64,000 bases of DNA, from the NCBI GenBank assembly GCA_002633005.1, contig NMRA01000004.1, positions 1,901,935 through 1,965,934 of the forward strand, given 5' to 3'. This stretch comes from Phoronis australis. Its lineage: Eukaryota > Animalia > Phoronida. Position numbers and translations under genes: made by a program. The notes beneath the pieces were generated by a model. It saw only the letters and a program-made list of their open reading frames with translations, ran no database searches and was not told the DNA's origin. Shown piece by piece: positions 24,356 through 36,505 of this stretch (positions are counted from its first letter, which is position 1; every line of letters starts with the position of its first letter).

Positions 24356-24938
24356 TCATCCCTACACTATGTAATGACACCATCAGCTATGAACATTCAT
24401 TCCACAATGATTAAATTTCATTTCCTATAAATATTCAAGATGTGATTCTCAAAAATGCCGTTACATCGTATGGATAATGTTAAAATAAGTTGCCATCAAT
24501 GTTGCGTTGTTACCAAAAAAGGGTTTTGTGACCTAAAGTGGCAACCTCAAAATTTAACCAGCTTGCCAGGTTTAGTAAACTTTTCAGATAGCTATCACAG
24601 TTTTGCAAAGGTCGTAAGTGAGTGATGTTTCTTCTTCTTTACTCATATTGGAATGTTTGCCTGAGACCTACTGTATGTATGGTGTACTGGCTGTTTTATC
24701 GAAAATCTCAGATTGTGAGATTGCTAGTGTGTTAATAAAACAACAAAGAAAAGTCATGACCCATTTTAGCAGGCTAAGCAAGACTTTCTTTTTGAAAACA
24801 TGAACTACTTAAAAAATGCCTCACTCCTCCATCAATTTGAAAAAAAAACAAACCATAATTATGCTATTTTTTCCCCAACTTTTTTACTAACCCAGCCACG
24901 AGTAAATTTGACTTCCTGTTGCAATTTGTCCATCATAG

Positions 24939-25063
24939 ATGGCGACCCAGATAAAATTTGGGAAAGGCTTACAGAGCAAGAGAGGAAGGAGTTCTCGGAA
25001 ATGATGTCTGATGGAAGACTGGCCAATTTGATAGAAATCTGGGAACCGTGGTGGGTTAGTAAG
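24939..25063 (+). CDS. ZNHIT2: ZNHIT2 exon 5
   Basis: catcatag|AT ... AAG|gtaagt. Phase 1->0. Encodes DGDPDKIWERLTEQERKEFSEMMSDGRLANLIEIWEPWWVSK, with the ZNHIT2 hallmark W.RL...E...F...W.PWW. Confidence 0.93.
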
Positions 25064-26374
25064 GTAAGTCGTAGAATTTAATCAATCCGTTACTTTTAGT
25101 GCCTTATAACATACAATGGAAAAGGTATTTCATTGCTTTCCGATGATATGATGTTAAATGACAATCTTTCTGACTCACTAGACTAAAGGTTTTTAGTAAG
25201 TGATTAAACCATTTGACATCCTTATAACTGCATCTGGTGGGGTCACATGAAGAAATATTGTTGCTGACCGAGAGGAAAACGGCATAGCAGGGAAACAAAG
25301 CAGTCTGGTACATCCTGTGTTAAGGTTTGTTATCTGTCTGATCTCGCCAAGAGTTCATGCAATGGGTATTAATTAGGCAGCAAAGTTAACACATTAGGAA
25401 TGGGTCACTTTTTAATCAAGAATCATGAATTAATTATGTGAAAGTTTATAATCATTTGGCTGGAATTTTAATGTTGATGAAATTACTCTGATTGGCCCAT
25501 CCTGTATTAAACTCTCCTATTTTGTGGAGGTGGAAATATGCATTTCATGACTGATCTTCTTCGCAAAATGCCAAGCGTTCCTGAGTTGATAGACAAGAGA
25601 GGCACATTCAGCTCCAATATTTAACCTTTTTGTCAGTTTCTTTGTGTGGTGCAGGCATTGCAACTCTGAATGAAATAATTCAAGTTAACTTGCATTACAA
25701 TGATCAATGACATAAGAAATAAAGGATTTTAGGTTGTGAAGAAGCAGGTAAGTGCTTGGGTTGCATTGTGGGTAAATAAGAGTAGATTTCAAAAAGAAAA
25801 TGGACTGTCTTGGACAAAACTCTGTCAGATTTCGCCAAGCTTGGATGAAGTTTTTGCCAGAGTTATTTGTCAGTTTAGTTGAACTTTTGTCACAATAGAT
25901 TATAATCGTTTTTGCTGAAATTTAGGCAGAGCTTAATTAACATTATTGTGACTTGACACTAATTGTTTGTGAATGGACTTTCTCAGTAAGTTGTCTCGAT
26001 TTTACTTTAGTGCATGGAGCAACAGCTGTTGAGATTTATTCCCAGAAATACATTCTTGTCGAAAGGTATTGAACATTTCGTCACAGTTTTGTGTGTCGTC
26101 AAAACTGTTGAGTTTTGGCATTGTCCAGTTAATATTGAAAGGTACTGTGCTTAAGAATGAGGGCGGTGTTAGTCATTTCAGGACAGACCTGTTGTTATAA
26201 ATATATTGTTTTCAAGTGTGACGAATCTTCCACATTATAGCGCGTCTTTAGTGTACAAACAAGCACAAGTGTTGATTGTCGACATTCATTATCTGCCGAA
26301 GTGGTCAGTTTCCTTGACGTGTCAGTGTAAAACACCAGTACGTTCTCTGTGATTTTGTTTTTCCCATCTTATAG

Positions 26375-26665
26375 GACTCATTAATACAAGAGATTGAACC
26401 CAAGATGAATGCAAAAAAGAGAAATGCTAAAAGTGAGCGAGTTGTCAGAGAGAAGCCCCTAAATGTGGTGACCATGGGAGATCATGGTGTGCTGCGTCCA
26501 GTGCCAAGAGAACAGAGCAGCACATCTCAAGATGACATTGTAACAGTGAAAAGGGAAGAGGCAACACCTAGTGTTATCCTTGGGAATGATCCTCCCTCGC
26601 AGAGTGTGAAGGACAGGTGCCCAGCTGTTGCGAAGAACATTCCAGATTTGAGCAAAGTTTTACCA
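26375..26665 (+). CDS. ZNHIT2: ZNHIT2 exon 6
   Basis: catcttatag|GAC ... CCA|gtgcgt. 291 nt, phase 0->0. Encodes DSLIQEIEPKMNAKKR...CPAVAKNIPDLSKVLP. Confidence 0.85.
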
Positions 26666-26876
26666 GTGCGTATTGTAATTTCGGTGTAGATTTATGTAGA
26701 ATTGTTGTGATACATTTCATCTGTAGTTTGTCTGTTTTATTTAGATTTGGTGGGTTTTTACTGTTGGACATTTGATCTCATTGTTTTTATGGTCAGCTGC
26801 TTCCCTTCACTTTCTGAAGATGTCTTATTTCATAAGTGACTGTCTTTAGTAGATGAAAGTCATACTAAAGTACTAA

Positions 26877-27699
26877 GGGCTGTTCCAGCAAAATCTGTAT
26901 GGGAGGGGGGGGAAGGCACTTTTATTTCGTACCCACCGCCCATATTTTTCATTTATTTCTCCAACCCATGACCCATAATTTTTTAATTATTTTTAATAGG
27001 TTAAAATATAAAATCCAACACTTGCAAACAAACTGCCTCCAGGAGGACCTGTTAAGAACTTAGATGACTGACAGACAAGAACTAGTTGTCTTGTCCAATA
27101 TAGTCAAAAACTAAAGTAGCCTGTGAGCAATACTTTTGGCAGCCACCAGGTGTCTCGGTTCACCATGTGTCTATAATTTCAATGAACATTTTTTCATTTA
27201 TAAGGATCTATGAATCTCAAACTGTCTCCACGAACTCTTCTATACTTCTATGTCAAGTGATTATTGGAACTTGTTTATCTTACTCCTCATACTTTTTATT
27301 TAAAAATCATCAATTTTCTTATATGTGTTAACACCAGTTCAGTGTTGCATAACTTTTCAATTCAATAGGACTGCAGACAAACAGTTGGCTCAAATCAAGT
27401 TGCCCATGACTTGATTAATGGCTTAGTGAACATATTGCACTCTGTTCACTGGCAATATGGGCTTTTTTGTATTGGGACAAGTTAGGATATATGCCAATTG
27501 CATTTTTTTGGGATTTGACGGCTGAAGTAAACAACCTGTCAACATTAACAGGTCAAAAAATACCACCCATTTTTTAGGCATCACTTCTTACAGGAACGAC
27601 CACCCATAATTTGAGTTTTTTTCTGAAGACCACCACCCATGAATTTTTATTTCTACTGCCGTCCCCCCCCCTCCCACACGGATTTTACTGGAACAGCCC
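26877..27699. mobile_element. Non-autonomous PIF/Harbinger-like DNA transposon
   Basis: About 35-bp TIRs GGGCTGTTCCAGCAAAATCTGTATGGGAGGGGGGG / CCCCCCCCTCCCACACGGATTTTACTGGAACAGCCC, flanked by a TAA TSD (26874-26876 and 27700-27702). Confidence 0.88.
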
Positions 27700-28673
27700 T
27701 AAAGTATATCGTGTTTAGTCTGTGAATTAGTAAGTAAATTTGCCTTCATAATTTTCTTGGTGCCTAGTCAGCCAGTGATTTAGTCTATTGTCAGCATTTA
27801 AAATTAATTGGAAGCTTTAGCTTTGCAAGGACTTCACTTTCTCACAGGGTCAATCGTTTGTCTGCAGATTATGTTAAAAATTTAGACCCTAGTTTTTCGT
27901 TTCCAAAAACAAAATTTTTCTCTGAATTATGCCGCAGCTGCGATCTACTGATGCCTGAATGCCGAGTGTATTATTTCTCAAAACCGGAAAAGATCAGGCC
28001 TTCTGTAGAATGAATAAACAAGTTCTTGAACGCATCTGCTGCAAAACGTTCAGCAATCAATTGTTGGCCACAATGTATCGAATTTGATGGCAGTTTTTGG
28101 AAATGAAAACCAAGAATTACGGTATCTACTTCTGAAATATGGAAATTCCATTTGTTGAATTCTCTATATCTGTAAATGAAGAATAATTTTATGACTTTCA
28201 TCGGTTATCGTGGAAAACTGTGGATTTTACAAAATATGCAGTGCAGCTGCAGTCTTTGCACTACACACACAATCAGGTAATTTGATTGTGGTGCACAGAC
28301 ATTTTTGTTGTGACTCAAATTTTGATTGCTGACCTATTCTCAATGGGAATGTGGTACTCTCAGAGGTGCAAAAAAAATCGAATGTTATTGAAAACATGGT
28401 TATTGAATGTACATTTCTCTTTCGGCGCCACGTATTCCACTAAACAGTGGTGAAATTGGCTGTTGTTTTGGAAAGAAAATTGCATACCTGGATTCAGTAC
28501 CTAACCTTGGAAGTCGTGGTTCAAGTACAAATTTGCTTGTTCAAAGTATGCCACTTTAAAGTACAGAGACTAGATCCTGGACCCCGGACTAAGCAAGATT
28601 CCAATGAAGTGTGTGCTAGACATTAGTCACATTTATTTAATGCTGTAACTATGATTTTGTACCTCTTTCACAG

Positions 28674-28790
28674 AAAAGCAAGCCATCACCTGACGTGTGT
28701 TACAATTTGGTGAACGTTCTGTATGGTTACGCGTACACAGTGAGGCTTCACAATGGCGATCACATGCACATGGTGCGACAATGTGTCCAG
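28674..28790 (+). CDS. ZNHIT2: ZNHIT2 exon 7
   Basis: ctctttcacag|AAA ... CAG|gtatgt. Encodes KSKPSPDVCYNLVNVLYGYAYTVRLHNGDHMHMVRQCVQ, the conserved PSP....L.NVL..YA...RL.NGD motif. Confidence 0.92.
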
Positions 28791-28952
28791 GTATGTAGCA
28801 CATGCACATGAGTGTCATTTTGCCTAGGTGTGTATCACATGCACGTGTTGTGACAATGTGCCCAGGTACATATCACATGCACATGGTGTGACAATTTGCC
28901 CAGGTACATATCACATGCACATGGTGGGACAATGTGTCCAGGTACATGCCAC
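28759..28952 (+). repeat. Minisatellite (about 37-bp unit x 5) built from the exon 7 3' end plus donor
   Basis: atcacatgcacatggtgtgacaatgtgcccaggtacat is repeated about 5 times. The first unit spans the CAG|GT junction at 28790/28791. Confidence 0.92.
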
Positions 28953-29389
28953 ATAACCTGGTTGTCTATGACGTGTTGTACAAGTAAAATTGACTTCTAT
29001 CTTCGGCCATAATTGCCTGTCACAGACCAGGTCATCAGTGACGTGAGTACTATTCTCCCCACTCTTCCTCCCTGAGAGAAGGAGATGCAATATATCTTGA
29101 CTGATGTTGACTGTGACCTGTCCAGTGTCATATTTTCAAATGTGTGCTTAAGAATATTTTTGATTTAAAAGATCACAAAATTCAAATATGTGTGTTAATG
29201 GCTAATACCCGTGGGATATGGTCAGAAATGTGTAAGATTATTCTCTAAGTTTTACAAGAAATTCACGTACTCGTCTAGATCTAGCATTGAGTGGGCCAAG
29301 TGGTACATAGTTTAGTACATATGACTCATTTAGGAAAGAGAGTGTTTAGACCTGTCATAAAACGTTTGCCTGAATTTGTGCTATTGCAG

Positions 29390-29482
29390 GAGTTGATGTT
29401 GCTGTCTGATGTTATTGGTAGCAGCAAAAACTATAGCAGCACGGAGCAGGCAATACAGGGCTGTCTTCAGTGTTTGCGAGAG
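29390..29482 (+). CDS. ZNHIT2: ZNHIT2 exon 8
   Basis: ctattgcag|GAG ... GAG|gtatgg. Phase 0->0. Encodes ELMLLSDVIGSSKNYSSTEQAIQGCLQCLRE. Confidence 0.88.
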
Positions 29483-30982
29483 GTATGGCTTCTTGTTGTA
29501 TTGATGGTTTTGTTGTGCATCCGCATATACATGTGGGTGCATATTATTGTCATCTTCCTCTGAGTAGGCTGGCATCCAACAGGAATCTGGGCATGTATCC
29601 CCCTTTAGAGAACTTGATGAGAATGGGTGGCATCCGCTCATAGACAACTCTTTATGGCCTCATTGTGTCCTCATTATGTCGGTCGTCCGATGCTTATCTT
29701 GCAAATGCAACATTAATAGTTCAACAGAATGCAACTTTGTATTTGAGGGGATGTTGGCAGATACATGTAACTTGAGAAAGCAAGAAAAAGAACAATGCCA
29801 CTTAGTGCTGAGATATTAATGGAAATGAATATTCCTTTCACAAATTTTATTCTGACATTGATAACGTTATCATGACAATTTTCTGCTGTTATCTGTGTGA
29901 AAATGTCACATTCCTATACAGCAACTACTTGGTTCAAAGAAAAAAATTCAAACTTATAGTAAGGATACAAAATGTTGAGGAAATTCGCTATTAATTGTGT
30001 AAATGATTTTGGCACTTGAAGGCTGTCAGGAGTTTGCAACATTGTACGTGCAGTGCGATAAGTCGTGATAAGTTTTTAGGGATACAAGACAATGCGATCT
30101 GTCACAGTTGCGGCATTGTGACATATTGGTGTCTAGCACATGTCCAATAGTTGATGTGCCCTCAGTTGCAGCTTTTTTAATGTGTTTGCTTCTGTGCCAT
30201 GAAGTTCTTTGATTGGGTCTTCATGCACTCGAGCTTATATGTTCCTATCTAGGGGGATAACGGAAAACAGACGGAATTCCTTGAATGTGACTTTTTTTCG
30301 CGAAATTAGAATTTTCAAAGTGGAACTTTTATGTTTCTGTAACAAATACCATAATTCCAGTATTTTTGTTTGTAATTACCAAAAGTTAGGAACATAATCG
30401 TCAAATTTGTTACATTCTGGACACAAATCAATGGAGGATCATTTTGCAGCAGACATGTTGAAGTAGTTGTTCATTGTTGCTGAGAAATGATAAACCTGGT
30501 GTGTAGCAAATTATCAATGAAACGGAACAGCGTAAAATGTGAGGCAATTGCCAAATCAATTGAGTATATGTTAATTATCCCTTTAAAATAGTACAATGGA
30601 ATGTGATGTTGCAAAGTGGAATTTAGTATCAGCTAAAATGGACTTCTCTGTTTTTGAAAATGGAAAACAGGGTCTCTGCCTATTTTCATACAAACTTGAG
30701 GATTTCTTAGACTTGAGTTCCAATTTCAAATTTTGGCAACAGTGGTCAGCATTTTAGATTTTGTTTCTTGGAGATTTGCTAGAAATATACACTGTTATGA
30801 TGGGAACTCTAAACTGATCCGACCTTCAACTGCCTCCGCGCGTAAGTCTTTTCGCGCCAAAGTTAATTTCTAAAGTGTGGATGATGTGTATAACTTCATG
30901 CAGTAACCCTAAGAAATTTTCAAATTTCTCTACCAATTTACCCGCCACAGAACTTATTTTGATGCAGCGATAGTTTTTATAG

Positions 30983-31148
30983 AAAGCCAAAGCTCTCTAC
31001 GAGTCGGATGAGTTCTCGCTCTCAATACTTGAAGACGTGCAGAAGATCATCTCCGGTCCAAGCCAGCGTTCGTCGATGTTTTATGTCATGGCTGCTCTGT
31101 CAGATATGCGGAGCTTGTACCACCAAGCTGTGAAGGTGGTGTCTTCAG
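30983..31148 (+). CDS. ZNHIT2: ZNHIT2 exon 9
   Basis: tttttatag|AAA ... G|gtgtgt. Phase 0->1. Encodes KAKALYESDEFSLSILEDVQKIISGPSQRSSMFYVMAALSDMRSLYHQAVKVVSS, containing DV..I..GP....AALSD. Confidence 0.9.
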
Positions 31149-31524
31149 GTGTGTTGAAAATGATGGCCTCAAAGCTCTGTTGCTTTCACTGAATGTTCTT
31201 GGTTTTGAATTTAAACTTATTCTGAAAATGTCTGCATTGTACTTTCATACGCAGTGTGATTTAATTGAAAATTACAAGACCTGTTCAGTGTTCAAATTTG
31301 AGTGTTTTTGTGACATTGGCACAGGTAGGGCAAAGTTCGCAGTACACACATGCCCCTCGGGCACATTTACTTGTCCTTTGATGACCTCGGGCGCATGATT
31401 ACGGCGATCAAATTTCAACTGTTTTATTTTTTTCTCAATAATAGGCCAGGTATTTTGTCGTTGGCAATAGTCATCTTAAGAGTCACTCTTTTGTCACTTA
31501 CTAATGCAGTGTCAATGTTCATAG

Positions 31525-31686
31525 ATATTACCAAGAGCGACACAAAGGCTGGGGACATCGCCAAACTTAAGTCTGAGAAACAATCATACTTTCATGTTGA
31601 AAAGCGCATGGACTTTCTTCTGAGTTGGACACAAAGTTTAGGCAGTTCCCTTCACCGACTGCTTCCTGAGATTGCATTTGAACACG
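31525..31686 (+). CDS. ZNHIT2: ZNHIT2 exon 10
   Basis: ttcatag|AT ... G|gtatgt. Phase 1->1. Encodes DITKSDTKAGDIAKLKSEKQSYFHVEKRMDFLLSWTQSLGSSLHRLLPEIAFEH, containing K..F.LSW. Confidence 0.88.
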
Positions 31687-31759
31687 GTATGTTTTCTGTT
31701 TAACTTTTAAGCACTGTTACCTGAGTGGCATGAATCTTGATGTTTGTTTGTATGGGCTG

Positions 31760-31795
31760 ACACACACGCGCACACACACACGCACGCACACACAA
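31760..31795. repeat. Imperfect (CA)n/(CG)n microsatellite
   Basis: acacacacgcgcacacacacacgcacgcacacaca. Confidence 0.85.
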
Positions 31796-32716
31796 ACATG
31801 CGGGCACATATTGCTGTAATCTGCCTGGTGTCTTGATGCCACTGATGTTGACTCTGTTGTTTGGCGGTCCGTTAATTGTTCTTCTTTGTGTGTGTGAATA
31901 CGTGTCCTGTGTATTTGGGTGAATGAATTGTGTTTCGTGAGTCCGTTCCGTGTTTGCGAGTCAGTGAACGGTGTTCGCAGGTACGTGAGTCGCGTTCGTG
32001 CATCTGACCGTGTTTATGAATCGTTAACTGTGTAGTTTGGGTACCTTGAATAACTAACAGCCATTGAATTAGGATGTTTACTGTCATAAGGGTTTCTATT
32101 TCAAGTCACCTGCAATTGGGGCAGTTGCATTTTCAAATTTACAGTTGAAGGATTGACCAACCCTGATAAAGCCTGGAGAGTTGCTGATGGCTTTGATGTT
32201 CTTATTGCCAATGAATTTATTAACCATATCATGATGTCATGATAGGAATATTATGAGACTGGTTTTATAAGAGTAAATGACCGAATTTCTCTTTTGTTGT
32301 TGCCAGCTTTCATCTTTGTTTATTGACCATACTTGAATCCTTTTATACATGTAGGTACTTGACATTGTATCAAACCTATCAGTACACTGTTACCTGGGGG
32401 AACACATGAGAAAAAATCTGTTCCCAAGCGCTTAATGAGAACAAGATGTAATCGTGAGGAGAAACATTATCTACCCTGATTGTATATGTGTAACATTATC
32501 TACCCTGATTTTATACGTGTAACATTAAAAACGCATACACCACTAAAAAGGTTCTAGCCAAAGATGCTACTGCATGTGGCTTTTTTTTGCTCGTACTTTA
32601 CCCAGAGATCGTTGCTTCAACCATGTGAAAGTGCAATATATCCTGTATGTATTCCTTGGCATGCATAAAATATGTTTTTTGTCTTTTAAGTTGCTAGTAA
32701 TTGTTTCCTGCTTCAG

Positions 32717-32820
32717 GGAGCTTGTTCATAGAGCTTGCTGACCATCAGGACACTAAGACTGCAGTGGAGACATCTGGTGTAATGAAAAAGAAGGCGCTGA
32801 TTGAAGAAGTACCAAGCTGA
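32717..32820 (+). CDS. ZNHIT2: ZNHIT2 exon 11 (terminal)
   Basis: ttcctgcttcag|GG. Encodes GSLFIELADHQDTKTAVETSGVMKKKALIEEVPS*, with a C-terminal LIEE(L/V) motif. AATAAA at 32994. Total CDS 1392 nt (463 aa). Confidence 0.87.
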
Positions 32821-33212
32821 TGATGTGCACTTTGAGTTCTTGTCACAAGCACTCAAATCTCCCAATAACTCAACGATATTTATTAATATTACACAGTATT
32901 GGTGCATGTGGTGGATACCAGGAACAGATAGATTCAAGGTCAACGGCATGTGTTTTTGTCAATTTTTATTCATTGTGTCATTTCTGAAAGGATAATAAAC
33001 TATTTTTTTATTCTCCAATGTCTTTTCCTTGGTTTCATTTCAATTGAAGGAACAGGGGTACACTGTCAGTCAAGATGCTGTATTGTTGTAGATAGAATGG
33101 GTGTCATCACTTTCTTGGTACCTATTATGAAGTATTCTTACAGTCCTATGGTATGCCAAACACGATAGGTGTCGTGACTGTTTTCGTTGTGTTTTGGTGT
33201 ACTAAGAAAAGN

Positions 33213-34381
33213 CCGTTCCGTGTTTGCGAGTCAGTGAACGGTGTTCGCAGGCACGTGAGTCGTGTTCGTGCATCTGTGACCGTGTTTATGAATCGTTAAC
33301 TGTGCAGTTTGGATACCTTGAATAACTAACAGCCATTGAATTAGGATGTTTACTGTCATAAGGGTTTCTATTTCAAGTCACCTGCAATTGGTGCAGTTGC
33401 ATTTTCAAATTTACAGTTGAAGGATTGACCAACCCTGATAAAGCCTGGAGAGTTGCTGATGGCTTTGATGTTCTTATTGCCAATGAATTTGTTAACCATA
33501 TCATGATGTCATGATAGGAATATTATGAGATCGGTTTTATAAGAGTAAATGACCGAATTTCTTTTTTGTTGTTGCCAGCTTTCATCTTTGTTTATTGACC
33601 ATACTTGAATTCTGTTACCTGGGGGAACACATGAGAAAAAATCTGTTCCCAAGCGCTGAATGAGAACAAGATGTAATCGTGAGGAGAAACATTATCTACC
33701 CTGATTGTATATGTGTAACATTAAAAACGCATACAGCTACTGCATGTGGCTTTTTTGCTCGTACTTTACCCAGAGATCGTTGCTTCAACCATGTGAAAGT
33801 GCAATATATCCTGTATGTATTCCCTGGCATGCATAAAATATGTTTTTTGTCTTTTAAGTTGCTAGTAATTGTTTCCTGCTTCAGGGAGCTTGTTCATAGA
33901 GCTTGCTGACCATCAGGACACTAAGACTGCAGTGGAGACATATGGTGTAATGAAAAAGAAGGCGCTGATTGAAGAAGTATCAAGCTGATGATGTGCACTT
34001 TGAGTTCTTGTCACAAGCACTCAAATCTCCCAATAACTCATAATGATATTTATTAATATTACATAGTATTGGTGCCTGTGGTGGATACCAGGAACAGATA
34101 GATTCAAGGTCAACGGCATGTGTTTTTGTCAATTTTTATTCATTGTGTCATTTCTGAAAGGATAATAAACTATTTTTTTATTCTCCAATGTCTTTTCCTT
34201 GGTTTCATTTCAATTGAAGGAACAGGGGTACACTGTCAGTCAAGATGCTGTATTGTTGTAGATAGAATGGGTGTCATCACTTTCTTGGTACCTATTATGA
34301 AGTATTCTTACAGTCCTATGGTATGCCAAACACGATAGGTGTCGTGACTGTTTTCGTTGTGTTTTGGTGTACTAAGAAAAG
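33213..34381 (+). repeat. Tandem near-identical copy of 31943-33211, including a second copy of the ZNHIT2 terminal exon (33885-33988)
   Basis: The copies are joined at a single N (33212) and differ by SNPs and small indels. The second exon copy has S->Y and P->S changes. Probably two haplotypes assembled in tandem. Confidence 0.9.
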
Positions 34382-36452
34382 AGCGCTGACCAGTAGCATT
34401 ATTGTTTGGTTACGGAATTGTTAACATTCATTACGTTTTAGTTCTGGTTGATTGAACTTTGACCAGGCGAACTGCCTTGTACATTTTCAAAGGAATCGAC
34501 CGAGTGTGTTGTTTGTTAATTATGTGATTAAATTAACCAAACAAATAAGCTAATTAACTTCACCTCTGTGCTTATTTGAATAAGAGACACTATATAAATA
34601 AATCACAATTGTTTATCTAAATTAAGTAATGATTAAAGGAATACTACAACTCTTAATCATTATTTGTTGTTCCTTTGTTCTCTGATTGCTTACACCCGTG
34701 TTGGCGCCCTGTTGCGGCTTTCATAAGGGTAACGGAAGTGTCTCGGGCGTAGCACGATGACCAGACTGTAAATACCGTTTTGTCTGAAGCGCAGACTTGG
34801 TTTAAAAGTACTTGTGATTTGCTCCATTACAGTGACTAATAAAACTTGTAAAAATAAACGTTTATCACAGATATATACCGTGACAAGCATGCTTGGAGTC
34901 TATGTAAACCTCAGGTATTGAACTACGCTTTAACAATGATCCTGTTTTGTAGTTAGATGTATTTACTACTGCAAGAGGCTAGTAAATAAGTTTGCGGAAG
35001 ACTTATTGATCATAGACTCTGGACTCGCCTTTCTCAATTCAACTTTTCACTAGGTATAGTCAAATACGTCTTCAAATCCAAAACGTATGCATAATACATT
35101 TGATCTTTCATGAGAAAACCTGTGAAGAAATTTCAATCACTTATTTACTTTAATTTCGTAATGTTCACACGATCGTCATCACGGATCACCCACGTCGGAC
35201 GTAGTTGCCACATTTTTCTCCACAAAGCCAGTCCAATGTTTCGGCTGGTCTTCTCCGACAGCGCGAAAACAAACAATAGTAAATCAAAATATGACTTTTT
35301 CTCTCGGATTGTTTAGCGTACAGCTTATCAAAACAATCCAAGTATATTACGAACTACTTACACGGCGTCGACTTGTAACGCGGCGTTGACATACCCGCCA
35401 CTGGGAGGAATGTTGCTTACGTTTCAGTGGAAGTCGGAAAGAGTGGGTACAAAAACAATTTTCAATAGCGAAGTTTTCGCCCAACCCCTAAAATTGCACG
35501 GTGGCGTGCCTTGTGTTTCTTTGATGTGGTTGCATTCGAGTCTGGAGGGCACCATGTTTCCAGTGCAAATTATGTAGAAATTACACAAATTCAACTGTAA
35601 CTGTAGCTGATCATTTGGCTGTACCTTTCTTTTTGATTACTAATTAACGAGCACTCTCTTTATCGATAAACAACTAATAGGTAGAACCAAGGTGAACTCC
35701 AAGAAGTACACCACAATAGCCGAATTTTACACATACGTGACGACAAATACATGGTGCATAGACCTCGAACTGCGTGTTTTATAATTCCAGCATCGAGTTA
35801 TGTCGCGCAATACACTCATGATTGCTAATCAAATAAATATGCCATTGTATTCACTTTTTGTTCAATTTCTGCCAATAACTATTAGTAAGTGTCAACATCG
35901 TGTAAGCTGAACGCCCTCGCGTGTACAGTAACGCTTGATTCACTTGCTTATCGACGAACAATGGCCTGGTGTCACGTGGCTTTTACACTGTGGAGGAATG
36001 TCATTACACAATACGGTTATTTGTAAATCGCAAACTACACAAAGCTCTACTGTGATTAAATACTTAACTGTGTTTACAATTGAGCCGGTCAAGACCTTTA
36101 TTGTCAACGTGAAACCACAGTCTAATTTGCTGACTGTGTGCCTCGTACTTCCTGCGAGAAAATGTCAGGCGCTTTCCAGAATCGCTTTTTCATAGGCCAG
36201 TCAAACGAAAACGATGCACCAAGAATTCCCGACAAAATGCTCATTTCCAAACGTTACTTGAGATCTGCGTTATTATGGTCGGTGTCATGGTCACCAAGAC
36301 ATCACTTTGTAATAATAGTTCCCTATCCTCGGTGTTAATTAAATGTGGTTTCCCTATTGGGAGACGCTAAAATGGTGTTGGAATATGCAAGTCCATGAAG
36401 ATAGTGTCTCCGCGAATGGCTCATTGGTTAAACTTGTTTTTGACGTGACTTA

Positions 36453-36505
36453 NNNNNNNNNNNNNNNNNNNNNNNNNNNNNNNNNNNNNNNNNNNNNNNN
36501 NNNNN
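36453..36505. other. Assembly gap (53 N)
   Basis: Run of N. Confidence 1.

Noticed and set aside
32950-33168. 72-aa ORF present twice (also 34120-34338)
   Set aside because: Lies in the ZNHIT2 3' UTR; its identity simply reflects the duplicated segment.
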